Made by a program: the position numbers and the translations under genes | DNA from: Mustelus asterias | Taxonomy: Eukaryota | Assembly: GCF_964213995.1 (NCBI RefSeq) | Contig: NC_135818.1 | Coordinates: 74,648,001-74,712,000, forward strand | Length of the DNA: 64,000 nucleotides | Direction of reading: 5' to 3' | The notes under the pieces: model-generated | What the model saw: the letters and a program-made list of their open reading frames with translations, nothing else | Database searches by the model: none | Told to the model about the DNA's origin: nothing | Shown: piece by piece, positions 49,716 through 61,494 of the stretch | How positions within the stretch are numbered: position 1 is the stretch's first letter | Layout of the letters: every line of letters starts with the position of its first letter

Positions 49716-50123
49716 CGATTTAACTTCTACTCCTTTTGTTCCTTTTCCATCCTCCCTGTTTTCACTTGCTTAGAATCTATCACATTTCTAAATTGTCCGA
49801 TGGAAGGTCATTGACCTGCAGTATCTGTTCCTCTCTTCACAGATGCTTCCTGACCTGATGACTATTGCCACCATTTCTATTCCCAATTATAAGAACTGGT
49901 GAGATTAGCCCATCTAGCTATTGCTTCCATATAAAATCTAAATGCTCCTGAAACATTTGTTAGGATTCAGTTTATCTCCACACTCTAAAACCTTGATGTA
50001 AATACATTCCCAGCTTCCTTCCTCTTCCCTTGTGTTAGGCTCAGGGGGTTGAATGGCCTTTCCCAATGACCCTCTCACCCCACTATCATTTTAATGGCTT
50101 ATCGCAGTGCCCCCTACAAAGTG

Positions 50124-50470
50124 TTCATTCGTTCATGGCACATGGGCATCGCTGGCTGGCCCAGCATTTATTGCCCATCCCTGAGGGCATTTAAGAGTCA
50201 ACCACATTGCTGTGGATCTGGAGTCACATGTAGGCCAGACCGGGTAATGACGATAGATTACCTTTCCTAAAGGACATTATTGAACCAGATGGGTTTTTAC
50301 AACAATCGACAATGGCTTCATGGTCACCATTAGACTTCTAATTCCAGATTTTTATTGAATTCAAATTTCTCCATCGGCCATGGTGGGATTCGAACTCGGC
50401 TCCCGAGATCATTATCCTGGGTCTCTGGATTACTAGTCTCATGACAATACCACTATGCCACTGCCTCCCC
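50124..50470 (-). mobile_element. tRNA-derived SINE with L2-like tail
   Basis: Same family as 7945-8286. Confidence 0.8.
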
Positions 50471-50694
50471 CTGCAATGTAATGTCTCCACTGCTGTACAA
50501 TGACCAGAGTAATATTTAATGCATCAGGTTCATTGTTCTAAACAAGCTCATTGTTATTTCATGGGACTTATACTGCACTTCTCTGAGTATCTACTTGAAG
50601 GTTTTTCGCTGTCTCTTTTACCATTATTTCATTGCTAATGACGCAGTAAGAAGTCTCACAACAGCAGTTTAAAATCTAATAGGTTTATTTGGAA

Positions 50695-50731
50695 TCACAA
50701 GCTTTCGGAGCACTGCTCCTTCCTCAGGTGA
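50695..50731 (-). ncRNA. Minimal type I hammerhead ribozyme, intact core
   Basis: Minus strand reads UCAC CUGAGGA A GGAGC AGU GCUCC GAA AGCU U GUGA. Confidence 0.7.
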
Positions 50732-50847
50732 GTGGAGAGTTAGATTCAGAAACACGGCATATATAGATAGAGATGCAATTGCAAGATAATGGTTGAAATC
50801 ATCTTGCAATTGTGTCTCGGTCTATATATGTAAACCCAACTCTCCAC

Positions 50848-50884
50848 TCACCTGAGGAAGGAGCAGCGCTCCAAAAGCTCATGA
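50848..50884 (+). ncRNA. Minimal hammerhead motif, mutated (G12>A, stem I mismatch)
   Basis: UCAC CUGAGGA A GGAGC AGC GCUCC AAA AGCU C AUGA. Confidence 0.55.
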
Positions 50885-51034
50885 TTCCAAATAAACCTGT
50901 TGGACTTTAACCTGGTGCTGTGAGACTTCTTACTGTGCCCACTCCAGTCGAAAGCCGGCATCTGCACATCATTGCTAATGACAGTCTTGATAAGAGGCAA
51001 GCGTGGATATTGCAAGTTTTCCTATGAGGAAATT

Positions 51035-51898
51035 GTAAAGTTAAAGCACACAGGATTGCAGGTAATGTCTTGAGATGAATAGAAAGCTGGTTAGCAGATA
51101 GGAAGCAAAGAGTTGGCATAAATGGGTATTTTTCTGATTGGCAGTCAGTGAGTAATTGGGTTCCACAGGGATCTGTGCTCGGACCCCCAACTGTTCACTA
51201 CATATTAATGATTTGGAAGAGGGAACTGAATGTATAATCTCCAAATTTGCAGATGATACAAAGTTGGGTGGGACGGTGAGCTGGGAGGAGGATGCAGAGA
51301 TGCTTCAGCGTGATTTGGACAGGCTGAGTGTGTGGGCATCTGCATGGCAGGTGCAGTATAATGTGAATAAATATGAGGTTATCCACTTTGGTAGCAATAA
51401 TAGGAAGACAGATTATTATTTGAATGGGTGTAAATTGAGAGAGGGAGACCTTGGAGTCCTCGTGCATCAGTCACTGAAAATAATCATGTAGGTACAGCAG
51501 GCAGTAAAGAAGGCAAATGGTATGTTGGCCTTCGTTGTGAAAAGATTTGAATAAAAGGATAGGGGTACTTTGCTACAATTGTGTAGGGCATTGTTGAGGC
51601 CATACCTGGAGTATTGTAAACTGAGGTGAGTATTAGAACTGAGGTAAGGAGAAATTTCTTCACCCGAAGGATGGCGAATGTGTAGAATTCATTACCAAAG
51701 AAAGTAGTTGAGGCCAAAATGTTGTGTGATTTCAAGAAGAAATGAGATATAGCTCTTGGGGCTAAAGGGATCAAGGGATATGGGAGGAAGGGGGATCAGA
51801 ATATTGAATTTGATGATCAGCCATGATCAAAATGAATGGCGGAGCAGGCTCGAAGGGCCAAATGGCCTACTCCTGCTTCTGGTTTCCATGTTTCTATG
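51035..51898 (+). mobile_element. CR1 LINE with internal deletion near 51620
   Basis: gttccacagggatctgtgct (VPQGSV), SKFADDTKLGG, YNVNKYEVIHFG; 3' UTR ends tttctatg. Confidence 0.85.
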
Positions 51899-52322
51899 AA
51901 AGATTGGACTGGGTAGACTTGTATCCACCAGAGTTTGGAAGTGGAAGAAGCAATTTGATGGGAACATATAGGGTCATGAGGATCTTGACCAGGTGGATTT
52001 GAAGAGGATGTTTCACTTTGTGGAAAAAGCTGGAACTAGGGGTTAAAAATAAGGGATCGTCCATTTAAGACAGAGATTAGGATAAGTTATTTTTCCCTCC
52101 AAGGATTGTGAGTCTTTGGAACTCCCTTCCTCAAAAGGCAGTGGAAGCAGAGTCTTTGAATGTTTCTAAGGGAGGGGTAGATAGATTCCTGATGAACAAG
52201 GGGGTGAAAGGTTATCGAGGGCAGGTGGGAGATTACAATCTGATCAGCCGTGACCTTATTGAATGGTGGAGCAGGCTCGAGGGGCAGAGGGGTCTACTCC
52301 TGCTCCTAATTCATATGCATGT
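51899..52322 (+). mobile_element. Older CR1 3' end
   Basis: SLWNSLPQKAVEAESLNV..DRFLMNKGVKGY. Confidence 0.75.
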
Positions 52323-52371
52323 TTGGTGCAGAGTTACATTTGTATATATGGGCACAGATGCCTATAAATTA

Positions 52372-52652
52372 GAGGCAGAATTTTACGGCCCCTCCCACCG
52401 ATGGGATTTTCCAGTCCTGCCGAAGTTAGAGGACTTAGAAGCATAGAAGCATAGAAAATTACAGCTCAGAAACAGACCTTTTGGCCCTTCTTGTCTGTGC
52501 CGAACCATTTTTTGCCTAGTCCCACTGACCTGCACTTGGACCATATCCCTCTCATCCATGATAGAAGTATAGAAAATTACTAGACTTTTGAGCAGCTCGC
52601 CACATTTTCCAGCCCTGCCCAGGCATGGCGGAGCTGTCAGACTCCACCCCGG
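52372..52652. mobile_element. MITE split by a short minus-strand CR1 tail (~52436-52560)
   Basis: ggcagaattttacggc...gggattttccagtcctgcc on the left, attttccagccctgccc on the right; (catagaa)n tail between them. Confidence 0.5.
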
Positions 52653-52759
52653 ATCTTGATAAACCTTCCATAAATTGGACCTAAGCATTAGGTTTCAGCC
52701 TTTTAATATATAAAATAGACGCCAGTCTGCCAGGATAGCATTCACCAACAGCCGGGCCC

Positions 52760-53076
52760 TCATAGAATCATAGAATCCTACAGTGCAGAAGGAGGCCATT
52801 TGGCCCATCGATTCTGCACCGACCACAATCCCACCCAGGCCCCATCCCCATAACCACATACCTTTACCCTGCTCATCCCCCTGACACTGAGAGGCAATTT
52901 AGCATGGCCAATGCATCTAGCCAGCATGTTTGTCAGACTGTGGGAGGAAACAGGAGCACCCGGAGGAAGCCCACGCAGACATGGGGAGAATGTGCACAGA
53001 CAGTGACCCAAGCCGGGAACTCAGATCCCTGGCGCTGTGAGGCAGCAGTGCTAACCGCTGTGCCACCGTGCCGCCC
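52760..53076 (-). mobile_element. HE1-type V-SINE type A
   Basis: Full minus-strand copy. Confidence 0.9.
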
Positions 53077-53801
53077 GAGGTAATGAAGTGCAAATATGTC
53101 TGACGGCGCTGGTGGTAACCACAGAGGTTTTGCATATGATGTTGTCAGTACAAAATTACTTAGGGCCTGTACGTTGCAACGTAAATTCTGCTGTTTATAA
53201 GCACGTAGGGGATGCTATTTCACCTTGCAGGCTTTAAGACGGTTTTTTTTTGATAAATGCCTTCAATTATTCCTCACAGGGGAAATGTGCCAGCATAATT
53301 TATGGCTGGCAATAATCGGTTTAACATGTTAACAAGCAGGGAGCTGACCTTTCGCTCCCTGCAAAACAAAAGGCAAATGTCCTCTTTGTGGGTTGATTGG
53401 AGAATGTTGATCCAATGGTGCAGTAAACGGGAAACGCCAATTTGACTTGGGACAAATATCAGCCCCCCCCCGCCACTCACCCTCACCAATAATCCCTCCA
53501 TCCCCGCTGTGAAGGATGAAGTGCTGCAGTGGACTTTTCTCCTTTACCCGCTTCAGAAAGCACTCTGCATGGAAAGAGTCAGCATTGCTACAGGCTTTGC
53601 TCATTCCACTGACCCCAAGATGATGCTCTCTATCATCCATTATTTTTTTTAAGTAAATAGCATGAGGAATCCCCATGCACGCAATTCAATGTCTCCTCCC
53701 TCCCCCAGCCCCGGACTCCAGTCACAATTCCAGCAGAGCTGAGACTGAGGTGCTATTTGGGAATAACTTCAATGAATGGGAGGATTAATATGGGGGTTAG
53801 T

Positions 53802-54108
53802 AAAGTTTAAAGTTTATTTATTAGTGTCACAAGTAGGCTTACGTTAACACTGCAATGAATTATTGTGAAAATCCCCTAGTCACCACACTCCGGCACCTGT
53901 TTGGGTACATTGAGGGAGAATTTAGCACGGCCAATGCACCGAACCAGCACGTCTTTCGGAATTTTGGAGGAAACCGGAGCACCTGGAGGAAACCCACGCA
54001 GACATGGGGAGAACATGCAGGTTCCGTGCAGTCACCCAAGCTAGGAATCGAACCTGTGTCCCTCACGCTGTGGGGCAGCAGTGCTAACCACTGTGCACCG
54101 TGCCGCCC
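53802..54108 (-). mobile_element. HE1-type V-SINE type B
   Basis: Full minus-strand copy; (taaagtt)n end. Confidence 0.9.
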
Positions 54109-55023
54109 ACTAGCTTGCATCAGCAAAGTTGCTTATCTGTTAGGTCGCAGAGAGCTGCACCTCTCCATGAGCTCACTGCAAGCAGAGTGAATAATACTCG
54201 ATTACGCACTTCACAAGGAATGAAGCTGAAAACAGCTGACGCAAGTTAGCAGGGCATGGCAATCTCCAAGTGTCAAGGTAACTCTCAGATTGGTATTGCA
54301 TTATCACCAGTCTCCATCCATCGCACCCAGCGTACAGACCCGGATGTTTGGTCAGCACCTTGCATGTGTATGGCACATGCGAGATGCACACCCTTGATAC
54401 TGGAGATGTACTTGTTTGCGAAAAGAGGATATTTATGCACTGCTATCACTGCCTGAGGTGGTGGACAGATGAATCCTCTTCCTCCAACACTGGAACAGCT
54501 TGTCCCTGGTCTCAAACATCAGCTCTTCTGCCATCGCGACAAGGCATAAACTTGCACTTAATTTAACAGCAAATGTGATGAAATATAATTTACTCCTTTA
54601 TTTTAAGTGCTGTTTGCAACTTTGCCAGCCTATCACTTCAGTGTAAAGAGCCCTGTGTTAGTATTTGATTGTATAAGATCAGAAAGGCAACTGCTGTCAG
54701 TAAGAGCCACAGAATGTGCCTCTCTTTCTCTCATCCTTTGTTTCTCCCTCTCTCACACACTTCCCCCACTAATTAACATATCTCATTGATAATTAAACTT
54801 TTCTGACTTGCGGGTTAAATCTGTACTTATCCAGGAGGATAAATGTCAAAATAAAGGTTAAATCGAACCCCACGAACATCAGTAAGCTGAGGTGTCGCAA
54901 CTGGCTGTTGTCACTGTTAAACAGGAGTGCCTCATCTTGTCCCCAGAATGATGGGAAATACCTTCCAGCCACTTGCACCGTGTACAGATAGCTGAACAAA
55001 GGTCCACTGAGTGGGGAGAGTTC

Positions 55024-55303
55024 ATTTATTTATTACTGTCACAAGTAAGCTTACATTAACACTGCAATGAAGTTACTGTGAAAATCCCCTAGTCGGCGCC
55101 TGTTCGGGTACACTGAGGGGGAATTTAGCATGGACAATGCACCTAACTGGCATGTCTGTTCAGACTGTGGGAGGAAACCGGAGCACCCGGAGGAAACCCC
55201 CGCAGACACGAGGAGAACGTGCAAACTCCACACAGGCGGTGACCCAAGCCGGAATCGAACCCGGGTCCCTGGCGCTGTGAGGTAGTAGCACTAACCACTG
55301 TGC
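55024..55303 (-). mobile_element. HE1-type V-SINE type B
   Basis: Minus-strand copy. Confidence 0.9.
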
Positions 55304-55404
55304 GGGAGGGGAGGAATGAACCATTATGGACACAGCCCACTACCCACCTCAGTACTTCTGACCATTCGGCTCCATGAAGGCTGTTGGAAATTTACTTCAA
55401 GTGT

Positions 55405-55860
55405 TACAGGGTGGATAGGGAACAGCATTTCCACTTAGTTGAAGGGTCAGTTACGAGGGGACACAAGTTAAACATGAGGAGTGGGAGGTTTAGGGGGGAT
55501 TTGAGGAAAAACATTTTTACCCAGAGGGTGGTGACGGTCTGGAACGTACTACCTGGGAGGGTGGTGGAGGCGGGATGCCTCACATCCTTTAAAAAGTACC
55601 TGGATGAGTACTTGGTATGCCATAACATTCAAGGCTATGGGTCAAGTGTTGGCAAGTGGGATTAGGTGGGCAGGTCAGGACCTTTCATGTGTCGATGCAG
55701 ACTCGATGGGCCAAAGGGCCTCTTCTGCACTGCAATATTCTGTGTTTTACTTCAAAGCAGAGAATAGAGGGATATGGACCGCCTCGAGGCAAAAGGTCTT
55801 TAGTTTAGAAAGTCCTCATGTGTCGGTCCAGGCTCCTGTGCTGTACTGTTCGATGTATTT
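55405..55860 (+). mobile_element. CR1 3' end (55405-55745) followed by a second short decayed tail
   Basis: TRGHKL...FTQRVVTVWNVLP..VVEAG; gggccaaagggcctcttctgcactg. Confidence 0.75.
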
Positions 55861-55893
55861 TATCTGTTGTTTCCAATATCACTTTACAATTTA

Positions 55894-56223
55894 ATAGAAT
55901 CCCTACAGTGCAGAAGGAGACCATTCGGCCCATCGAACCTGCACCGACAACAATCCCACCCAGACCCTATCACCGTAACACCACGTATTTAGCCTGCTAA
56001 TAACCCCTGACACTAAGGGGCAACTTAGGAAGGCCAATCCACCTAGCCTGCAAATCTTTGGACTGTGGGAGGGAACTGGAGTATCCAGAGGAAACCCATG
56101 GAGACACGGGGAGCATGTGCAAACTCCACACAAACAGTCAGGGACCCGCGTTCGAGGCAGGATTCGAACGCGGGTCCCTGGCACTGTGAGGCAGCAGTGC
56201 TCACCACTGTGCCACTGTGCAGC
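55894..56223 (-). mobile_element. HE1 type A with an internal 17-bp perfect inverted repeat
   Basis: Minus-strand copy; palindrome at 56139-56180. Confidence 0.88.
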
Positions 56224-58551
56224 CCAATTTTCAATTTCTGATTTCGATTATTCATATATTTTAAAGGGGGAGTCCCCAAAATTTGCGTAGCTGAAATCAC
56301 CTGACTTTCAGAACCAAAATCAGGAAAAGAAAAGTGAAATCTGAAAATCGATTGAGAATTATTTCTTCCTTTCCCAACCACTTTTGTTTATAGACTGGGT
56401 TAATGCCAAGCAGTTTTTGAGAGGTGTCCATTTCTTCAAAGTGAAAACATAATTTACGATCCATTTACAGCCTCTGCGGTTCGAAGGTGGATAAGGAAGG
56501 GGGATGCAGACAGATGAGACATTTGTTTTTGAAAGGTAAGTTCAGAAGACTAAATTCAATGACTAGAATCCCAGTATTACTCTGTGATGTGACCAATACT
56601 TGAACTTTGCGGTATACATGTGAAGGAGTTCGCAATGACAACAGTTGCCCTAACTGAACTAAAACTAAATATTGCCTTTAACTCCTCGCAAAGTTCAGGT
56701 GAGGAGGGTGAAAGTCATAAATTGGGATTCTATAAATAAATAAAAACTGGGACTGCCCCAAATTGATCTTCGAGACTGGCAAAGATGACTTATAGCATAT
56801 CTGCTGACCACAGGGCAACTATGACTCTGGGCTGTCTCTGCCACATAGAAATCACAACTATCAGGGGATGACTAAAATAGAGTATTTAAGGGGAAGTGAA
56901 ATATGGGGTAAGTGAAAAAAGGTGGGAGGAGACTCACGTGGAACATAAACACTGATGTGGGTCCATGGGGTTGAATTGGCTCTGTTTTTGTCTGCAGTAA
57001 ATACAATACAATGTACATAAAATAACATGTGCACTATTGTGGGGGCAACAGGGGGGGTCATCCATCGGCTGGAGAGCTGATGAGACCCCCGGATTTCCTC
57101 CTTACGGGATGATCCCGCTGCACCTTGTGTCACTCAGGCACTTAACAGGCCTGCAGCGACCATTCCCCAGGATGAAGGACCCTGGGGGCAGAAGGGCCAC
57201 CCACGGGGGAGGCGCCAATCAATCAGAAGCCGGCAGCTGTCTGTGCTCAGCAGTGCCACTGAGGGAGGTGGTTGCCGCTGCCAGTCCGACAGCCACCCGA
57301 TCGCCAGGAGACACGGGGAAAGGGGAGGGGGTTCACGGGAAGTGACGGGTCGGCAGCAAGGGCAGACGGGTGGGTCTCATTGGATGTCCCTTCTCAGTGT
57401 CAGGTTCCTCGATCAGGTACTGATCACGTTTGAATGAGGGACCCTCCCCCCACCCCCTCTCCACCCATCCACCCCCGGGAGATCACAAACAAACATGCAT
57501 GGGTGTGCTTATTGTGCTCCACCTGGCAATCCAACCCCCACCCAAACCCCGCCCCTCCAGCAGCTGTGGGGTTAATACCATTGGCGGCGGATTGAGGTCT
57601 CAATTGGTGGCAGGGCAGGATGGCCATACATGGGCATTCTCACCACGGACTTAATTGGGAGGGAGATAAGAAGGCAGTGGGGTCCCCACCCGCCACCTTC
57701 CCATCTGATTAAGTGCCACCACTACCACCCCCAGCCAGAACAACCCACGACAGGAGAGGAAACAAGTTTCCACCCAACAAGTGCGAAACTCACCTGGAAA
57801 CATAGCTGAAATGCAGAGTTTTGGGTCACCCATCACAGCCCCTCCCATTTTCAACCATTCCAAAACTTTTCTCTCCATGTCCTGAACTGCTGGAATTCCC
57901 ATCCTCCCACCAGCAAGACCTCCAGACATTTCTGTACCCCCAGAATGCCTCCAATTTGAGGTGCGCTATCTGACATTTAACTTCCTTCGTGGCCTCGCTG
58001 CCACCCATCTTTGCAATTTCCTCAAACCCTGCACCCCACTTTCCCACACTTTTAAACTTTCTACTCATCTGGCTCTGGTCTCATGAGGATCCCGACCCAT
58101 CTCGTCCCACTGCCGCCAGCCGTGCCTTCAAGAACAGTTCCTCCTCCCTCACCTCCATTGAAACCCTTCCCTACAAAACCCAGTCTTTTGACCAAGCCTT
58201 AGGTCACCTCTTCCAACCTGTCATTCTTTGCTATGTGATTGCTGCTTATCCCTCGTGAAGGGTTGTGGAATACGTCTCCGTGTTAAAGGAACTGTACAAC
58301 TGAAACAGTTGTTGGATGTCTCTGCGGATAATAATTGGGAAACTTTCAGGTTGAGTCGAAAAGTATGGGAGGAGGCATGTATGGAGCATAAACATTGGCA
58401 TGGACCCGTTGGGTTGAGTGACCTGTTTCTGTGCCATAAATACATTTAAATTGTAATCATAGAATACCTACAGTGCAGAAGGAGGCCATTTGGCCCATCG
58501 TGCCAACAACAATCCCACCCAGGCCCTATCCCTGTAACCCCACACATATTT

Positions 58552-58863
58552 CATCGAATCGCAGAATCCCTACAGTGCAGAAGTAGGCCATTCGGCCCAT
58601 CAAGTTTCCGACCATAATCCCACCCAGGCCCTATTCCCGTAACCCCACATATTTACTCTGCTAATCCCCTAACACTTGGGTCAATTTAGCATGGCCAATC
58701 CACCTGAACCACACATCATTGGACTGTGGGGGGAAACCTGAGCACCCGGAGGAAACCTACGCGGACACGGGATAATGTGCAAACTCCACATAGACAGTGA
58801 CCCGAGGCCGGAATTAAACTTGGGTCCCTGGTGCTGTGAGGCATTGTGCCACCGTGCCACCCC
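58552..58863 (-). mobile_element. Nested HE1 type A
   Basis: Complete minus-strand copy. Confidence 0.88.
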
Positions 58864-58873
58864 TAAATTTTCA

Positions 58874-58946
58874 TTCTCTGACCGGGAATCGAACCTGGGC
58901 CGTGGCGGTAAGAGTGTCGAATCCTAACCACTAGACCACCAAGGGA
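58874..58946 (-). pseudogene. tRNA-Glu(CTC)-derived pseudogene
   Basis: Minus strand TCCCTTGGTGGTCTAGTGGTTAGGATTCGACACTCTTACCGCCACGGCCCAGGTTCGATTCCCGGTCAGAGAA follows the vertebrate tRNA-Glu-CTC sequence; anticodon reads CTT; anticodon and acceptor stems are disrupted. Confidence 0.85.
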
Positions 58947-60214
58947 GATCAACTAGACCACCTAGGAAGATAATACCCTGCTAGTCCTCCTGAAACTAGG
59001 GAGCAATTTAGCATGGCCAATCAACCTAACTTGCACATCTTTGGAGTATGTGAGGAAACCGGAGCACCCGGAGGAAACCCAGGCAGACACGGGGAGAATG
59101 TACAAACTCCACACAGACAGTCAGCCAAGACCTGAATCGAACCCGGGTCCCTGGCGCTATGAGGCAGCAGTGCTAACCACTGTGCCACCGTGTCGCCCAA
59201 AGTTATATAAATTCAAGTTCTTTCTTTATTCTTTTCAATATACTTGGCAGTAAATTGGCAGGATTGAGTTAGGTAGCTGTTCTATAATCCTTCCACAGTT
59301 TTACCTTCCATTGACTTTGATGCATTCTATAGATGGGTTAGATTCCACCTCCTGCAGTTTATATGTCCGTTCCTTTTCTTGTGTGGTAAAGCTGAAGAAA
59401 AATTCCTGTACAAAGTGATCATTAGATGGCGACAGTTTTTAAAAAAAACATAATTGCATTATCATTTTAAATGTGGATGAAACCATGTGTGTAATATTTT
59501 CTCATTGACATTATGTGTGTCACCTTACAACCCTTTCCAGTTTAAATCCAGTGACCTGATTTAGGGTCTTTTTTTTTTCTTTGTCTTCTTTTGAGATGAA
59601 ATCATCTTTTACTAGAAATGTATCCTGCGTTTCAGCTGAAACCTTTCAACTGCAGAGTGCTGGAGGAGCAGACTGATCAGGTATCAGTTTCCCTTCCCAG
59701 GTCAAAATGACTAATAAATCATTTAAGGCCAGATCGCGTTGATAAGCGGGGGTTTGCACAGGACTCTCTGCCCACCCCTTTCAACCTTTAAAATGGGAGT
59801 TTAGACAAGTGCTTACTCAGCTGTGTGCGGAATGAGTGGGCTCCTTGTGCCTCACTCATGCACTGAGGAAAGAAAGTATCAGCATAAGTCCAACCAGCAT
59901 GAGTCCAACCAGCATGCCTCATGTAGAAATGCACCATTATTACAAATAAAAATCCCGCTTCTTTATCCCGGTGAGATAGCCTCTGTGGTGCAGGATGAAG
60001 AAAAGCAGTCACTTACAGGGCTGATGCTGCTTGACTGAGATGTCAAAAGCTCGGTTCACCCTGTTGCCCAGTGAGGGAAGCTTTCAGTTGTTGCTTTACC
60101 TGTTCCGAAGGCATCCCTCAGTGATGGCGCAAAATGGCACGATTCTCCAACTTAGTCACTCCAATGGAAACAAAAGCGGATGTGGTACCTCATCCAATAT
60201 TGTCCATTCCATCC

Positions 60215-60554
60215 CATAGAATCATAGAATCCCTACAGTGCAGAAGGAGGCCATTTGGCCCACCAAGTCTGCACCGACCACTATCCCACCCAGGCCCTAT
60301 CTCCGTAACCCCATATATTTACCCTACTAATCCTCTTGACACTAAGGGGCAAATTAGCATGGCCAATCCACCTAACCCACACATGTGGGAGAAAACCGGA
60401 GCACCCGGAGGAAATTCACACAGACATGGGGAGAACATGTAATCTCCACAGACAGTGACCTGAGGCCGGAATCGAACCGAGGTCCCTGGTGCAGTGAAGT
60501 AGCAGTGCGAACCACTATGCCACCGTGCCGCCACCACTGTGCCACCGTGCCGCC
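60215..60554 (-). mobile_element. HE1 type A with a duplicated ~22-bp 5' end
   Basis: accactatgccaccgtgccgcc followed by accactgtgccaccgtgccgcc. Confidence 0.88.
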
Positions 60555-61189
60555 ATTGACTAAAGCTGGAGTGACAACCCCACAACCCCCCTTTATGTAG
60601 CCTCGCCCATTAAATTCTTAGCCAAGAAAAAAGCTCCCTGAAAAAGAACACTTTGCAATTCTCTTTCGACACATATAATCTGCATATTGTGGTGATGAGA
60701 AACTTTGTGTCATAAGTTTGCGATTCTTACAGTAAATGCGCATTAAAGGTTGAATTTCAGCATTGTATTCGACTCTAGTTCCTGCTTACCAAGGCACTGA
60801 CAATGTTACAACACAGCTGAATGTCTTCCTCAGATACTCTTTGTGTGTCATCTTTGACTCGATCAGAGCAATTTTAACCTCACCTGCCCATTGGCAAACC
60901 CATGGGTTGGGAATGATGCTGGTTTCCCAACCCTGCTTGATTTTAATCTCCACTGAAAGTGAATGGAAAGTTATATCAGTGGCGGGGGGCGGGGGGGGGG
61001 GGGAGGGGTGGCGGGGGGGTGGCAGTGGGCAGTGTTCCACATGATCCCACGGGGTTTCCCACCCAAGCCTTCAGGTAGAGTTTTCCCCTAAGTATTGACA
61101 GGGCATTCAACGACGCGAGATGGGATGGAAGGACTGGAGGGGAGGCATCAGAGCAGGCTCTAGTTTGGTCGAGAATACATTTCACTTAA

Positions 61190-61482
61190 GAGCAGCACAG
61201 TGGTTAGCACTGCTGCCTCACAGCTCCAGGACCCAGGTTCAATTCCGGCCTCGGGTGACTGTCTGTGTGGAGTTTGCACGTCCTCCTGGGTTTCCGCCGG
61301 ATGCTCCGGTTTCCTCCCACAGTCCAAAGGTGTGCAGGTTAGGTTAATTGGCCCTTCGTGTCAGGGGGATTATCAGGGTAAATAAGTGGGGTTACGGGAA
61401 TAGGGCCTGGGTGGTATTGTTGTAGGTGTAGGTCTGATGGGCCGAATGGCCTCCTTCTGCACTGGAGGGATTCTATGATTCT
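61190..61482 (+). mobile_element. HE1-type V-SINE type A
   Basis: Head, V core, CR1-type tail. Confidence 0.88.
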
Positions 61483-61494
61483 TTTGTTTTCGGC

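Larger units (their letters stand above)
46905..49885 (+). mobile_element. Old Penelope-like element remnant (pieces ~47085-47306, 48870-49360, 49716-49885; inverted terminal piece ~46905-47070) hosting younger inserts
   Basis: Decayed PLE-like sequence; the end cacagatgcttcctgacctgatgactatt resembles 30210-30250; a reverse-orientation copy of that end lies at 46935-47045. Confidence 0.5.
50643..50968 (+). mobile_element. Fold-back Penelope-derived element with two opposed hammerhead motifs
   Basis: Inverted arms ~50644-50787 / ~50800-50934; unpaired tail to 50968; 14-bp TSD tcattgctaatgac at 50629-50642 and 50969-50982. Confidence 0.85.
58457..59198 (-). mobile_element. HE1 type A split by a nested HE1 + tRNA block
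   Basis: Tail part 58457-58550 ends ...cacacatattt; the body resumes taccctgctag at ~58974. Confidence 0.8.

Noticed and set aside
50643-50968. An endogenised viroid-like circular RNA or a classical retrozyme
   Set aside because: The arms match the terminal repeat of the Penelope element in this window and are inverted, not direct tandem repeats; nothing in the sequence shows circularisation.
55278-55288. TGAGGTAGTAG matches the let-7 5' end
   Set aside because: It is a CpG/transition variant of the reverse-complemented HE1 head; the match stops at 11 nt and there is no precursor hairpin.
56471-56535. Possible 65-nt exon (tttacAG ... AAG/GTAAGT)
   Set aside because: Only one frame is open, the peptide is unrecognisable and no partner exons are evident; isolated donors (e.g. 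~46885 minus, ~15618 minus) are expected by chance.
56968-57830. GC-richer block with several short ORFs as a possible gene or CpG island
   Set aside because: No recognisable protein; it resembles other decayed transposon-like blocks (13040-13380, 39102-39726, 62530-63830), but I could not define its ends or family.
58874-58946. A functional anticodon-switched (Glu body, CTT anticodon) tRNA
   Set aside because: The anticodon and acceptor stems carry several mismatches and there is no T4 terminator.
59888-59917. 15-bp direct repeat agtccaaccagcatg x2
   Set aside because: An ordinary micro-duplication with no associated structure.
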